Assembly (NCBI GenBank): GCA_021204565.1
Contig: JAJPZE010000055.1
Location: 1 to 33,164 of the forward strand
DNA: 33,164 bases
Reading direction: 5' to 3'
Origin: Prevotella sp.
GTDB taxonomy: Bacteria > Bacteroidota > Bacteroidia > Bacteroidales > Bacteroidaceae
The number at the start of each line of letters is the position of its first letter. Positions within the stretch are counted from its first letter, which is position 1. Shown here one piece after another: positions 21,001-25,782 of this stretch. Position numbers and translations under genes: made by a program. Below the pieces are notes generated by a model, which ran no database searches, had not been told where the DNA came from, and worked only from the letters and a program-made list of their open reading frames with translations.

Positions 21001-23002
21001 CTATTGCGTCCGCCGAAGCGAGTTCTTTCTTCAATTGCCGCGACGGCGACGTATGAGAGAAATAGCCGGCAGTGTGTGCCGCAGAGAAGAACCCCGACAT
21101 AAGGGAAACACCTAAGAATGTATCCCAGTTGTTGCTAAGGTTGAACACGCCCGTGTCTTTGTCGGTATCCATTGTTTGGTCTCCAACCAACAAAGCATTG
21201 GCAATATTGCCCAGCACCTCTTCCGAATACTCGCCGAACATACCGTTCCATTTTGCGGAATGTTCGAAGTTCTTTAATGTTTGCACCCAACCGACGGAAT
21301 TAACCCTATTGATAAACCCGTCAATAAGTTTCTCCGCTTTGCCGCGTGTTATAGCCCCCAAGCCTTTCTTAATTCCTTTGCCGGCAAGCCCCGCCAACGG
21401 TTCAAGGTACTCGCCCGCCATCTCCGACCAGTTCTCTATCGTTCGGTCGGTAAACGCTTTATATGCCGCCGTGCCGACGGTTACGCCGTCTTCCGTGCCG
21501 CCGAACGTTATTGTTCCCGTCTCGCGGTCGTAAACCGGGTTCACGTTGCCAATCATCCGTTCGTATGTGTTCCCCACCACGCCCGGCATGCCGGTGGTTG
21601 CCGACATTGCCGCCGCGCCGGCTACATCACCCGCGCCGCGCACCAAAGCTTTCTCCGCTCCGAACAAAAGCTTGTTGCCACGTGTACTTGCTTTTAGCGC
21701 ACGCTCGCCGTACCGCTCCAACATCCGCTCGGTATACGTTGCCGCTGATGCCGCTCCGCCTTTGGCAAGGAGTTGTTTGCCCTCTTTCGTTATAAGGTTC
21801 TTGCCGTATTTCTTTAACGCATACGAGACAAACTTCTTCGCCGCGTCCTCGCCGATGCCCGCCATAGGGTTTGCTATCATCTCCGCCATAAACGGCAACG
21901 ACTGCCCCGTAACCTGACCCGCCTTATATCCGCGCCCGACATTACCGGCAAACTGCGAAGAGTATGCCGTCTGCACCGCCATTGCGTCAAGCAACCGTTG
22001 TTCCCCCTGCGACAACGGTTCCCCCTTATCGAACTTCTTTATTGCTTCATACGCAAGTTGTTGTTGATCCATATCCGTCGCGCCGAACGTCCACGTGTTC
22101 TTATCCGTTCCGGTCTGCCATAAACCGCGCGCCGCACCGCCAAAGAACGTACGCTCCATATAGCTGCCCTCCGTGTTATGCACCGTCTCTTTAACGAGAC
22201 GCTCCGTATCGCGCAAGATGTTATCAGCATACGAAAGCATACGTCTTTCCTTGTCGCGCGGCAACGCGCCCCTGTTTTTGTTCGTCCTGTACGCTATACG
22301 TTCCAGCCAGTCCATCCCAGACTGCGCCTCTTTGTTGTTTGCCCGAACTTCTTCCTTGTTCTGTGCCGCTTCGCTTTGCACGACGGAACGCATATCGCCC
22401 AAGATATTAAGCACTGCACCTGCGCCCTTGTTCTGCGCCGCCTGTTCACGGTAATACTCGTCTTCAAGTTCGCCGTTCGACATCTCCGGCGACGAGCCTC
22501 GCTCGTTGCGCCACGCTTCGTGTCCGGGAGAATGATGCGCATAGTTTTGCGACCAATCCTCCGCCGCTTCCGACGGATACTCGCGCTTGTTACTCTCCCG
22601 ACCCCGCTTGCTCGCAGTCATCAACTCTTCCGGTTGCTTGTAACGCGGAGCTTCCGGCACGACGCTCTCGTTCGGCTGGTCGGTAAAGCCGTATTCCTCT
22701 GCATTGAACGTTCCTGAACCGAAGTCAAAGGGTGCACTTGCCGGCTTGGATTGTTGCGGTTGCGTTTGCACCTGCGGCGGTGTCTGCACGACAGACGAGG
22801 ATGTGCCGAAGCCTAAGTCCTTGCGGAACTCATTATAATCACTCGGCAACCTATAACCGAGCTTGTTGAGTGAGTCATAGATACCTCTCACATACGACGA
22901 GTCGGATTGGGCTTTTTTCTCGAAATCCTCATACTTTGCCGGCAATTCATAGCCGTGCTTTGCGAGAGACTGATAACAGTTCGATAATGTTATTCCGTCC
23001 AT
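9098..23002 (-). CDS. Giant polyvalent virion protein: DarB-like N6-adenine methyltransferase, SNF2/SF2 helicase, zincin-like metallopeptidase motif and LPD38-like C-terminus
   Basis: 4634 aa. AYYTP (~17840), LEGSAGIG SAM-binding motif (~17755), DLAITNVPF (~17570), AHEVGSGKT Walker A (~15595), DEAH (~15007), QRNGRILRQGN motif VI (~13985), HELKGH (~12635), ASVNFNRKG and NTNYLGTPIY near the C-terminus. Confidence 0.9.
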   Translation of the reverse strand: MDGITLSNCYQSLAKHGYELPAKYEDFEKKAQSDSSYVRGIYDSLNKLGYRLPSDYNEFRKDLGFGTSSSVVQTPPQVQTQPQQSKPASAPFDFGSGTFNAEEYGFTDQPNESVVPEAPRYKQPEELMTASKRGRESNKREYPSEAAEDWSQNYAHHSPGHEAWRNERGSSPEMSNGELEDEYYREQAAQNKGAGAVLNILGDMRSVVQSEAAQNKEEVRANNKEAQSGMDWLERIAYRTNKNRGALPRDKERRMLSYADNILRDTERLVKETVHNTEGSYMERTFFGGAARGLWQTGTDKNTWTFGATDMDQQQLAYEAIKKFDKGEPLSQGEQRLLDAMAVQTAYSSQFAGNVGRGYKAGQVTGQSLPFMAEMIANPMAGIGEDAAKKFVSYALKKYGKNLITKEGKQLLAKGGAASAATYTERMLERYGERALKASTRGNKLLFGAEKALVRGAGDVAGAAAMSATTGMPGVVGNTYERMIGNVNPVYDRETGTITFGGTEDGVTVGTAAYKAFTDRTIENWSEMAGEYLEPLAGLAGKGIKKGLGAITRGKAEKLIDGFINRVNSVGWVQTLKNFEHSAKWNGMFGEYSEEVLGNIANALLVGDQTMDTDKDTGVFNLSNNWDTFLGVSLMSGFFSAAHTAGYFSHTSPSRQLKKELASADAIGMQAFGENRADVWEKFKQAVDNKDSAASQAALLGMFRDKTLSQQQKAAMLQYVQKSMQMRGAEACNATMTVGQMGLALTDETTRAQNAFNTGYDFYDSGNKESMRAAAQTYNQTAAEAVKKLGQQTIDDLDADPVRTLRQIKNEIISNPSLSWDLYEAAVKYVHASEVCKGMQTSANDTAEQMARNVGQMYDRLTLVDEKGKSLNKMQRVTLKRDGSAAYVVSGMLVKNEDGTVNIGASSNTVCVADAQTGAVTMVSAGDITSIDEEINDAEAFKQSEMAKAAQAIRDDFAAIIRESSEQQTEQTQEQQGQTQQTEQPQQQQQPQPKEYKVGDKVTFQDKDGNKLSGTIVQDTGDTFVIHTDDEIPKPYSFTKEEFAKAVIPEEQQQPTTAAPASTAQPQTEQQQQPQQQPQQPQSALSQLKTDADGNPIYESAPSPDVAFDALTEQSGGDAGFAVNIANSMAGSAREASNAAKKTLTAAKGTLTKAKKKLEEVTSSPVGATPVEMIANRNKASEAVADAETAVADAERALAAAQAKADFWQAVAETPQRRAAQTTTPETPANTNPDTTNTNADNTPENAPEGTTGVATEEKKTGTKEETKEETKDTGKEEIKEESKEEPEHKYIVSDERMEELRKRIIEKLYHLNLGIDPELFTLMAEYAMGKLERNIPKFIDFAKDVIAALGDKVRPYLKAMYNGARDMPEMIEAGIDKQMTPYEEVSKFDVTNFDKDHKDVLQTAADKVAEQQAEQQAEQQAEQVAEQVAQAETAKKLGYTVEKKPYTNKNGRTLDTYLVKFNKPLTDEQKKKADALARNKGRGQVGWYDKNAGGYMIRSEQAAHDFARQVVKSVSVLKNSQESTNKPAESAASGESNVTSQPGNIAPKPINNQENDDTGRTNVVRTGGLSPESNNETVDTGRGRETSGQDRRGDDGGGEGAGDGGVPQGVLDTGGHLELVKNSGNNHVERGTDCAPTGVDARIKANIAAIRLAQELTEKGKKATPSQMAVLRKFSGWGGLGKAFKEPGWMEAKNPYRDELKELLGDDGFEAAAMSINSAYYTPASVIDAMWDVAKALGFKGGNILEGSAGIGNILGLMPSEISGNSNIQAVEIDPTAGQILSLLYPDATVNIQGFQNTRVRNGSVDLAITNVPFVTGLHVFDDSGDKDLSTRFGNIHDFCIAKNIRKLRDGGIGIFITSSGTLDNSVALRKWVTSEGNADFIGAFRMNNKTFGGTSATSDIIVVRKRTNRQKSPAAIDVNGTISERTVVYEYEETDSRGKVETKTRPLQLTYNSYFASHPENMGGKMYFGVEKGDTYRPASKGLYPEKGISQEELLKKWAASFSNMELGTLAAADTEEAASAVYEELGKGVREGSMFVNDKGELCIASLGVAIPLQANANKVKGHTKRECFEAYAAIKKAVDDVLAYQAEHADDKGLQPLLDKLNAAYDEFVDTYGHFQKNPAISFLKDDIDYSSVAALESLKEYNDKDGNRLQTFTKGDIFTKRVVEKASNPKPKYEREGVITSIYKFGRIDLPYIADHLGKSEEAVKSAILDSGLGFEDPVSREVEVGFRYLSGNVREKLRQARENNEDGRYDKNIRELQKVIPPDIPAHLIEFSLGSSYIDPQLYVDFFKEKTDIDVEVYNAGGTWIVYPTSDYNNRGSRRPLAIATEKNRQLAVRSEMCDKVIYGTELIAAAMQNKTITVSKATKGFTFFDPTATAECASRIEEIRDSFKEWARQKMLTDPDMAKAMERRYNDSFNNYVPEETPAEFAPEHFDGASHAVKLRPHQAAAAIRCTMRNTLLAHEVGSGKTFTLISAAMEMRRLGTARKPMLVVQNATTGQIVESAKRLYPNAKILTLDKGNNSEEKRKAFYAKIKYNDWDLIIIPQSVFNTIPDSEKRQQDYIQSKIEEAVHVMEMMRAAKMDKRDIARIEKSVLKEIDILSKAGRKDFDAEQKKKKKKTDAKREAKTRGNAEVAARRMLDRKVDDVADFDDMGIDALLIDEAHEYKHLGFATAMQRGVRGVDSSFSKKAQGLYLKCQAVMDRSSGKNVIFSTGTPISNTAAEIWTFMRYLLPANTMKEYSIQYFDDFVRNFGSIQQMLEFTTSGAFKENNRFAGYFNLPELVRIWSEIADTVLSRDIPDLQEQIPEMEGGKATDIYVKQTPSFRSVMKTVREQLAAFEHMSRDEKKKNSHIPLVMYGIAKAAAIDTRLVLDDAPDEPDSKTNEAVRQILRSLEDSKAYQGTVAVFADNYQNKSSGFNLYEDIRRKLIDAGVPAEQVAVIRSGLTPEKKTDIFEKVNAGQIRVVLGSTATLGTGVNMQERLHTLIHMDAPNRPMDYTQRNGRILRQGNLHKKWGIPVRVLRFGMEDSLDVTAYQRLKTKGAIAESIMRGKELLKNAMENRVMEEDEDVFGDTVAQLSGSEYAMLKNQAERDVTKYEAKRRAHENDQIYVHNSIPKQERAIAACEKRLAELSDALKAVDGKDKTGEITIDGQKVTPGGKKAGDFFKSYNEKINGIVDEIRRSYGDRERKETIRVNIGGFDFEINTRIKKTTGYKDNSLQTVVTRVVTYSCPELAIKDFNPGSRGFVKGAIEDILDNVMTGKRLRGEQQTYADRLETVKKDLATLKQREGKPFEDADKLAEAKKRLDDYTKKMKTELEEKEKKYAEMDAGIQGVDINDIRRAEEDDDDAGDDDNSYRIEDSEEEEAEEPASPGSVASAVSQVIHGLEERLGSKVETVGSFDEVTNAAARRRIEGDRRRGKNTVKGWYDPKTGKVYIYMPNVTDADDAARTVLHELKGHKGLRALFGEKNFRKAMENIFGLLPEDIRERLRAEAKEKYNGRIDIATDEYLAETAEDDNLPTWWGRVVSAVREALRKLGFRLDLSPRDVQYLLWRSEKKLKEGSVLERAEDMAKSERLERMREKEQELLNEEDTFNSLDHDTDKEDEQTRFRRKDRQETARQRYERVVASGMYQAREAVYDYTASLAEAMKSIYGKEFEHIEDVPDNENPYLGENRLSSVNEAEINAMRRIVFRPLYRAVYTLAHNEKEREELIDYMMAKHGLERNALMAERDAQRKYDEYIAANPNGEKTLDDFREEARKRDYAGLTGLTGEEDVSAAEAKARTMVSDYEAAHDTTDLWERTKAANKAILDKMVGCGMLSREKADEIAAMYENYIPLRGFDETTAEEKYAYLPGISNAYNSPMKKAKGRKSKADNPFANMEQMAETAIIEGNRNRLVKIPFYNFVMNRPSDLISVNKVWLKYDDATGVWEVQFPDIPDDATGEEAAQTVKAFNETMERLAKSDPFHYKNAAQAKDIPYRVVNKKDARQHQVLVYSGGKPIMITVNGNPRAAMAVNGRTNPDSQTTGFISSVFNFTGRLNRAISAIYTTLNPDFMVSNYMRDLKYANAMMWVKESPQYAERFAVNSAKYFPPAMVRLIDMYRRGVLDDSKHSHRLFKEFMLNGGETGYARMMDIEEIKKRAFDKARKSRLLSREQIQDAMEIAGEMGRAAEMSMRFAAYATSRERGRTIGRAIWDAKEASVNFNRKGAGDKFLSATGQTWAGNMAAFVSGAGRALYIFWNARVQGVANLARYSARNPRKAAALAGTLAATGMAKGVLRGSLLAIAAALVRAMAAAMFGGGGGDDDDDKRIADYFDIPEHTRRWNFITRAGDGTWLKDPLPHEFVPMYGLGEMIGTAIATGQKIDPTQLLDMFMELSPLDFMQGQKPGDFDPLMSLVPSAGQPLYQIAQNTNYLGTPIYKDTQYNKDMPEWTKAYSYTNKELVRFSAWLNEATGGDNVVGIKGKAEKGFLNPTGKWTNPAVWETLLDSYVPFMPLAKQIDNLANVIWGDKEMNARYLPLANRFNATADESTADRAVTNRFYDYMNEFDNTAKTVRKYEKANDADPVKYAEKLNYLYNSPEYKRYERYRDVYERMLNDIKKELKEAADDEDRKDLQREQTELQRELVERMDAIGKEK

Positions 23003-23011
23003 AATCTTTCT

Positions 23012-24157
23012 TTAATCTCCGACTTTTGGTCCGTTCGGGTTCAACACACCACTTTCCGCTCTTGATGTACTTACATTCGTATTTCTCCCGCCTTTTCCCA
23101 CAGTGTTTAAGACGCGCGCATTGAGTTGGTCCAAAGTCATCGGCACAGGCTCGCTATTACTACCCCGAAGCGCGGGATAATTGTCGTACCCGGTGATTGT
23201 TACTTCGTTCCCGTTTATATCCGTATACTTGCCGCCATCTTTGTATCTCTGCATATTCGGCACGGTTGTCCGCTTGTTGTGGGATTGTTGTTCATATTTT
23301 GCTTGCGCTAATGCTTCTTTTTCCGTCGCATAGTATTCAACAGTGCCGTCATAACGATATACGGCGTATTTGCCATCGGCGCTCGTAACCCGGAAACCTT
23401 CCGAGTCGTAATAGTCGCCGTCATCCCCCTTTTGCACGCTCACGCCGTGCCGGCTGAGGTTATTTATCTGCGCTTGATTGAGTTTGTGCGCGTCGTCGTA
23501 TTGTCGTTGCCGGTTGTTAGCATCAGTCTCCGCCGTGCTTGCGTTCGCCGCCGCGCTCCTTACGTTATACGGCTGCAGCTCTTTCTTGCGCGTTTCGTCC
23601 GCGCCCAGAAGTTGATTCTCGTAATCCTTTTGCGCCAGATTGGCGAGGTATTGCTGGTAGGTCAACCGCCAGTTGCGCTCGTTGGCGTTGTGCGCCTCGT
23701 CAAGTTTTTTGGCATTTTGCGCTCCCTGCGCCCATTTGTCTTTTGCCGCCGCGCGTTCGGCTTCCATCTGTTGCCAATAGGGGGCAACATGCGAGGTGAG
23801 CGTCTTTGTGTCTTGTTTATATGCCGACGGCGCGTACTTGTTCGTATAATAAAGGTTTGCCAAAGAGGAGAGTCCGTCGGCAACCGCCGCCAATACGCCG
23901 ATGTTGCGCACGCGCTTCTGCCGTCTCTGATACGCCTCGTCGCTCTCTATCGGGTTGTCCCGGTTATACTGCTCGGTGTAACTCTCGTGGTTCGCGTCGC
24001 CGTTGATGTCCTCGTCGGTGAGTACGTTCTGCGGCGGTGCGTAGTGTGGTTGCGGTGTGGTGGGTGCTGCTCCCGTGTCTGCTCCCGTGTCTGTATTTTC
24101 GCCTGCGTCTGCGCCGGTTGCTGCGCGCGTCTGCTCGTCGTCTATCGTCGTTGCCAT
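23012..24157 (-). CDS. Putative internal virion (ejection) protein 2
   Basis: 381 aa, Gln/Ala/Asn-rich and helical, amphipathic GVLAAVADGLSSLANLYY; lies between a pilot-like gene and the giant gene. Confidence 0.6.
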   Translation of the reverse strand: MATTIDDEQTRAATGADAGENTDTGADTGAAPTTPQPHYAPPQNVLTDEDINGDANHESYTEQYNRDNPIESDEAYQRRQKRVRNIGVLAAVADGLSSLANLYYTNKYAPSAYKQDTKTLTSHVAPYWQQMEAERAAAKDKWAQGAQNAKKLDEAHNANERNWRLTYQQYLANLAQKDYENQLLGADETRKKELQPYNVRSAAANASTAETDANNRQRQYDDAHKLNQAQINNLSRHGVSVQKGDDGDYYDSEGFRVTSADGKYAVYRYDGTVEYYATEKEALAQAKYEQQSHNKRTTVPNMQRYKDGGKYTDINGNEVTITGYDNYPALRGSNSEPVPMTLDQLNARVLNTVGKGGRNTNVSTSRAESGVLNPNGPKVGD

Positions 24158-24179
24158 AACTTATAATCTTGCACTTTTA

Positions 24180-24926
24180 TTAAACGTTGTTATTAATTCT
24201 GTTTTTCCCCGCATTTGAGAGGTCGTAATCTCTATATCGCAGAGCGGGGTTCGACGTGTAGTCTTCCACCGTTGCCGCGTTTGTTGCTCCCGTTGTTGCA
24301 CTTGTTGCCGGGGGGGTTACTCCCGTTGCTCTTGTTCCCGTCCCCGCGTTACTGCTGCCGCTTGCCATTGCCGCCGCTTGGAACAGACTGCCGGCGGCGT
24401 TGCCTACGCCCTGCACCGCGCTCGCAATGTTCTGCGCCCGCTGGTATTCAACGCCCGCTTTCTGTCCTAAAAGTTCCCGTTTGTTCGTCTGATAGTTCTC
24501 CTCTATCTTGTCTTTTTGCGCTTCGGCATTTGCCGCTATCTGTGAGGTTGCGTCTGCAAGCGCCGCTGCGTTCTGCGCTTTGGTTGCCGCCGTGCTTTCT
24601 TCCGTGCCGCCCTGCACCGCCTGTTGTCCCGCCATTGCACGGTTGCGGTTCTTAATATAATCTTCCGTCTGTGTGAGGATGCGTTGCGCGTCGGCACGTT
24701 GCGTCGCGTCCTCGTTCATCCGTCGGTTATACCAGCTCTCATTCTCCGATAGCTCCTTGTTGATGTACTTGTTAGCCTTCTTCGACGCCTTGCTCGAGGC
24801 TATGCCCCCCGCAATGCTGCTCCCAATGCTTGCCGCAGCACCTATCGCGCCTATGATCAACGGCAATATACACTCCTGCACGCCGAAGTCGCCGCGCAAA
24901 ACCGTAGATAAAAATAAATCCGTCAT
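24180..24926 (-). CDS. Putative internal virion (pilot/ejection) protein 1
   Basis: Hydrophobic Gly/Ala segment LIIGAIGAAASIGSSIAGG, coiled coil, second Gly/Ala segment; same layout as T7 gp14 and P22 gp7-type proteins. Confidence 0.7.
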   Translation of the reverse strand: MTDLFLSTVLRGDFGVQECILPLIIGAIGAAASIGSSIAGGIASSKASKKANKYINKELSENESWYNRRMNEDATQRADAQRILTQTEDYIKNRNRAMAGQQAVQGGTEESTAATKAQNAAALADATSQIAANAEAQKDKIEENYQTNKRELLGQKAGVEYQRAQNIASAVQGVGNAAGSLFQAAAMASGSSNAGTGTRATGVTPPATSATTGATNAATVEDYTSNPALRYRDYDLSNAGKNRINNNV

Positions 24927-24951
24927 ATACTTTACTGTCTGAATTTGCGGG

Positions 24952-24994
24952 CAAATATAAACACGAATAAAGCAATTTAAGGGTTATCCGTTAA
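24952..24994 (-). promoter_or_regulatory. Putative late promoter for the ejection-protein operon
   Basis: Minus strand TTAACGGATAAC (24994-24983), 23 nt, TATATTTG (24959-24952). Confidence 0.8.
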
Positions 24995-25003
24995 TGAATG
25001 CCA

Positions 25004-25041
25004 TATAAAAGCCCCGCTATTCTCGCGAACGGCGGGGGCTT
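25004..25041 (-). terminator. Intrinsic terminator upstream of the ejection-operon promoter
   Basis: Minus strand AAGCCCCCGC...GCGGGGCTT followed by TTATAT. Confidence 0.6.
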
Positions 25042-25085
25042 GTGTTAAACATTCTTAATGGCGAGAAAATAATTCGCTTTTTTTC

Positions 25086-25116
25086 TTGTAAAGGTAACGC
25101 AATAATGTTACCTTTG
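25086..25116 (+). promoter_or_regulatory. Bacteroidetes promoter overlapped by a perfect inverted repeat (operator)
   Basis: TTG (25086-88), N20, TACCTTTG (25109-16); AAAGGTAAC-N8-GTTACCTTT at 25090-25115. Confidence 0.8.
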
Positions 25117-25155
25117 CATTTCAAAATAAACAACTAACAAACAAACTACAAGATT

Positions 25156-25440
25156 ATGAAATTCGTAAAAGTACATTTGGTGAACAACGACAACGACAAG
25201 ACCTTTTGGCAGTCGCGGTTTGATGAATTCGGCGTAAAAGCATACAGGCACGACGAGCCTGTGAAGCCACATTGCACATACATTGTCGGCGGCGACGATG
25301 ACGTCGACGGGTTCTTGGCGAAGTACGGGCGACGTTCGCAGATGCAAATAGATGCACGTTCGCAAGAATTCGACGCGACGATATTCTATGAGTTCATTGA
25401 ATATATGCACCAATCGATGATGCCGGAGTGGTTAAGATGA
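25156..25440 (+). CDS. Small hypothetical protein, first gene of an inverted cassette
   Basis: 94 aa, A-rich leader after the promoter, ATGA overlap with the next gene. Confidence 0.8.
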   Translation: MKFVKVHLVNNDNDKTFWQSRFDEFGVKAYRHDEPVKPHCTYIVGGDDDVDGFLAKYGRRSQMQIDARSQEFDATIFYEFIEYMHQSMMPEWLR

Positions 25441-25658
25441 CGCTCACAGAATATTACAGACAAGTTTGCGCAGCACCGACACCTCGTCAAGCACTTATGG
25501 CACGCCTACAAGAGGCGACGGGCGCGAGTATGCAGACTGTGCGCACGTGGTGCGAAGGGCGTAAGGTGCCGCGTCGCGAAACCCGAACGAGGATTGCGGA
25601 ACTGCTACATTGCGATGCGGCGGTTTTGTTCCCGAGCATTTCGAAAGAAAAAAAGTGA
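25437..25658 (+). CDS. XRE/Cro-type helix-turn-helix protein
   Basis: LQEATGASMQTVRTWCEGRKVP...RIAELLHCDAAVLFP; start placed at ATG 25437 (ATGA coupling). Confidence 0.85.
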   Translation: MTLTEYYRQVCAAPTPRQALMARLQEATGASMQTVRTWCEGRKVPRRETRTRIAELLHCDAAVLFPSISKEKK

Positions 25659-25663
25659 TTTAG

Positions 25664-25694
25664 TTTGCACGATTTGGAAATTGCATTACCTTTG
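25664..25694 (+). promoter_or_regulatory. Consensus Bacteroidetes promoter with no downstream ORF
   Basis: TTTG (25664-67), N19, TACCTTTG (25687-94). Confidence 0.75.
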
Positions 25695-25697
25695 CAC

Positions 25698-25781
25698 TCA
25701 TCACGACGAGCAAGTCGTGCTTACGTGGTAAGATTGTAGAAAATCTTTGCCGGCATTGATTAAGTTCTTTGCCGGTTTTTT
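25698..25781 (+). ncRNA. Candidate ~85-nt structured small RNA
   Basis: Lies between a consensus promoter and a GCCGGCA...TGCCGGT-T5 terminator; three internal hairpins; no ATG. Confidence 0.55.
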
Positions 25782-25782
25782 A

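Noticed and set aside
9098-23002. Stop-codon reassignment as in some gut phages
   Set aside because: Long ORFs are intact under code 11, and TGA is repeatedly used as a stop in ATGA overlaps
260-24655. Many plus-strand ORFs in the track (e.g. 12626..13888, 10049..10891, 18996..19745)
   Set aside because: They are antisense shadows of long minus-strand genes, with no promoters, leaders or motifs
25698-25781. tRNA or Cas12a-repeat (Racr) identity for the small RNA
   Set aside because: TGGTA and GTTC occur but there is no cloverleaf. Minus-strand AAGAACTT and TTTCTAC only loosely recall a Cas12a repeat, lie on the strand opposite the promoter, and lack the paired stem.
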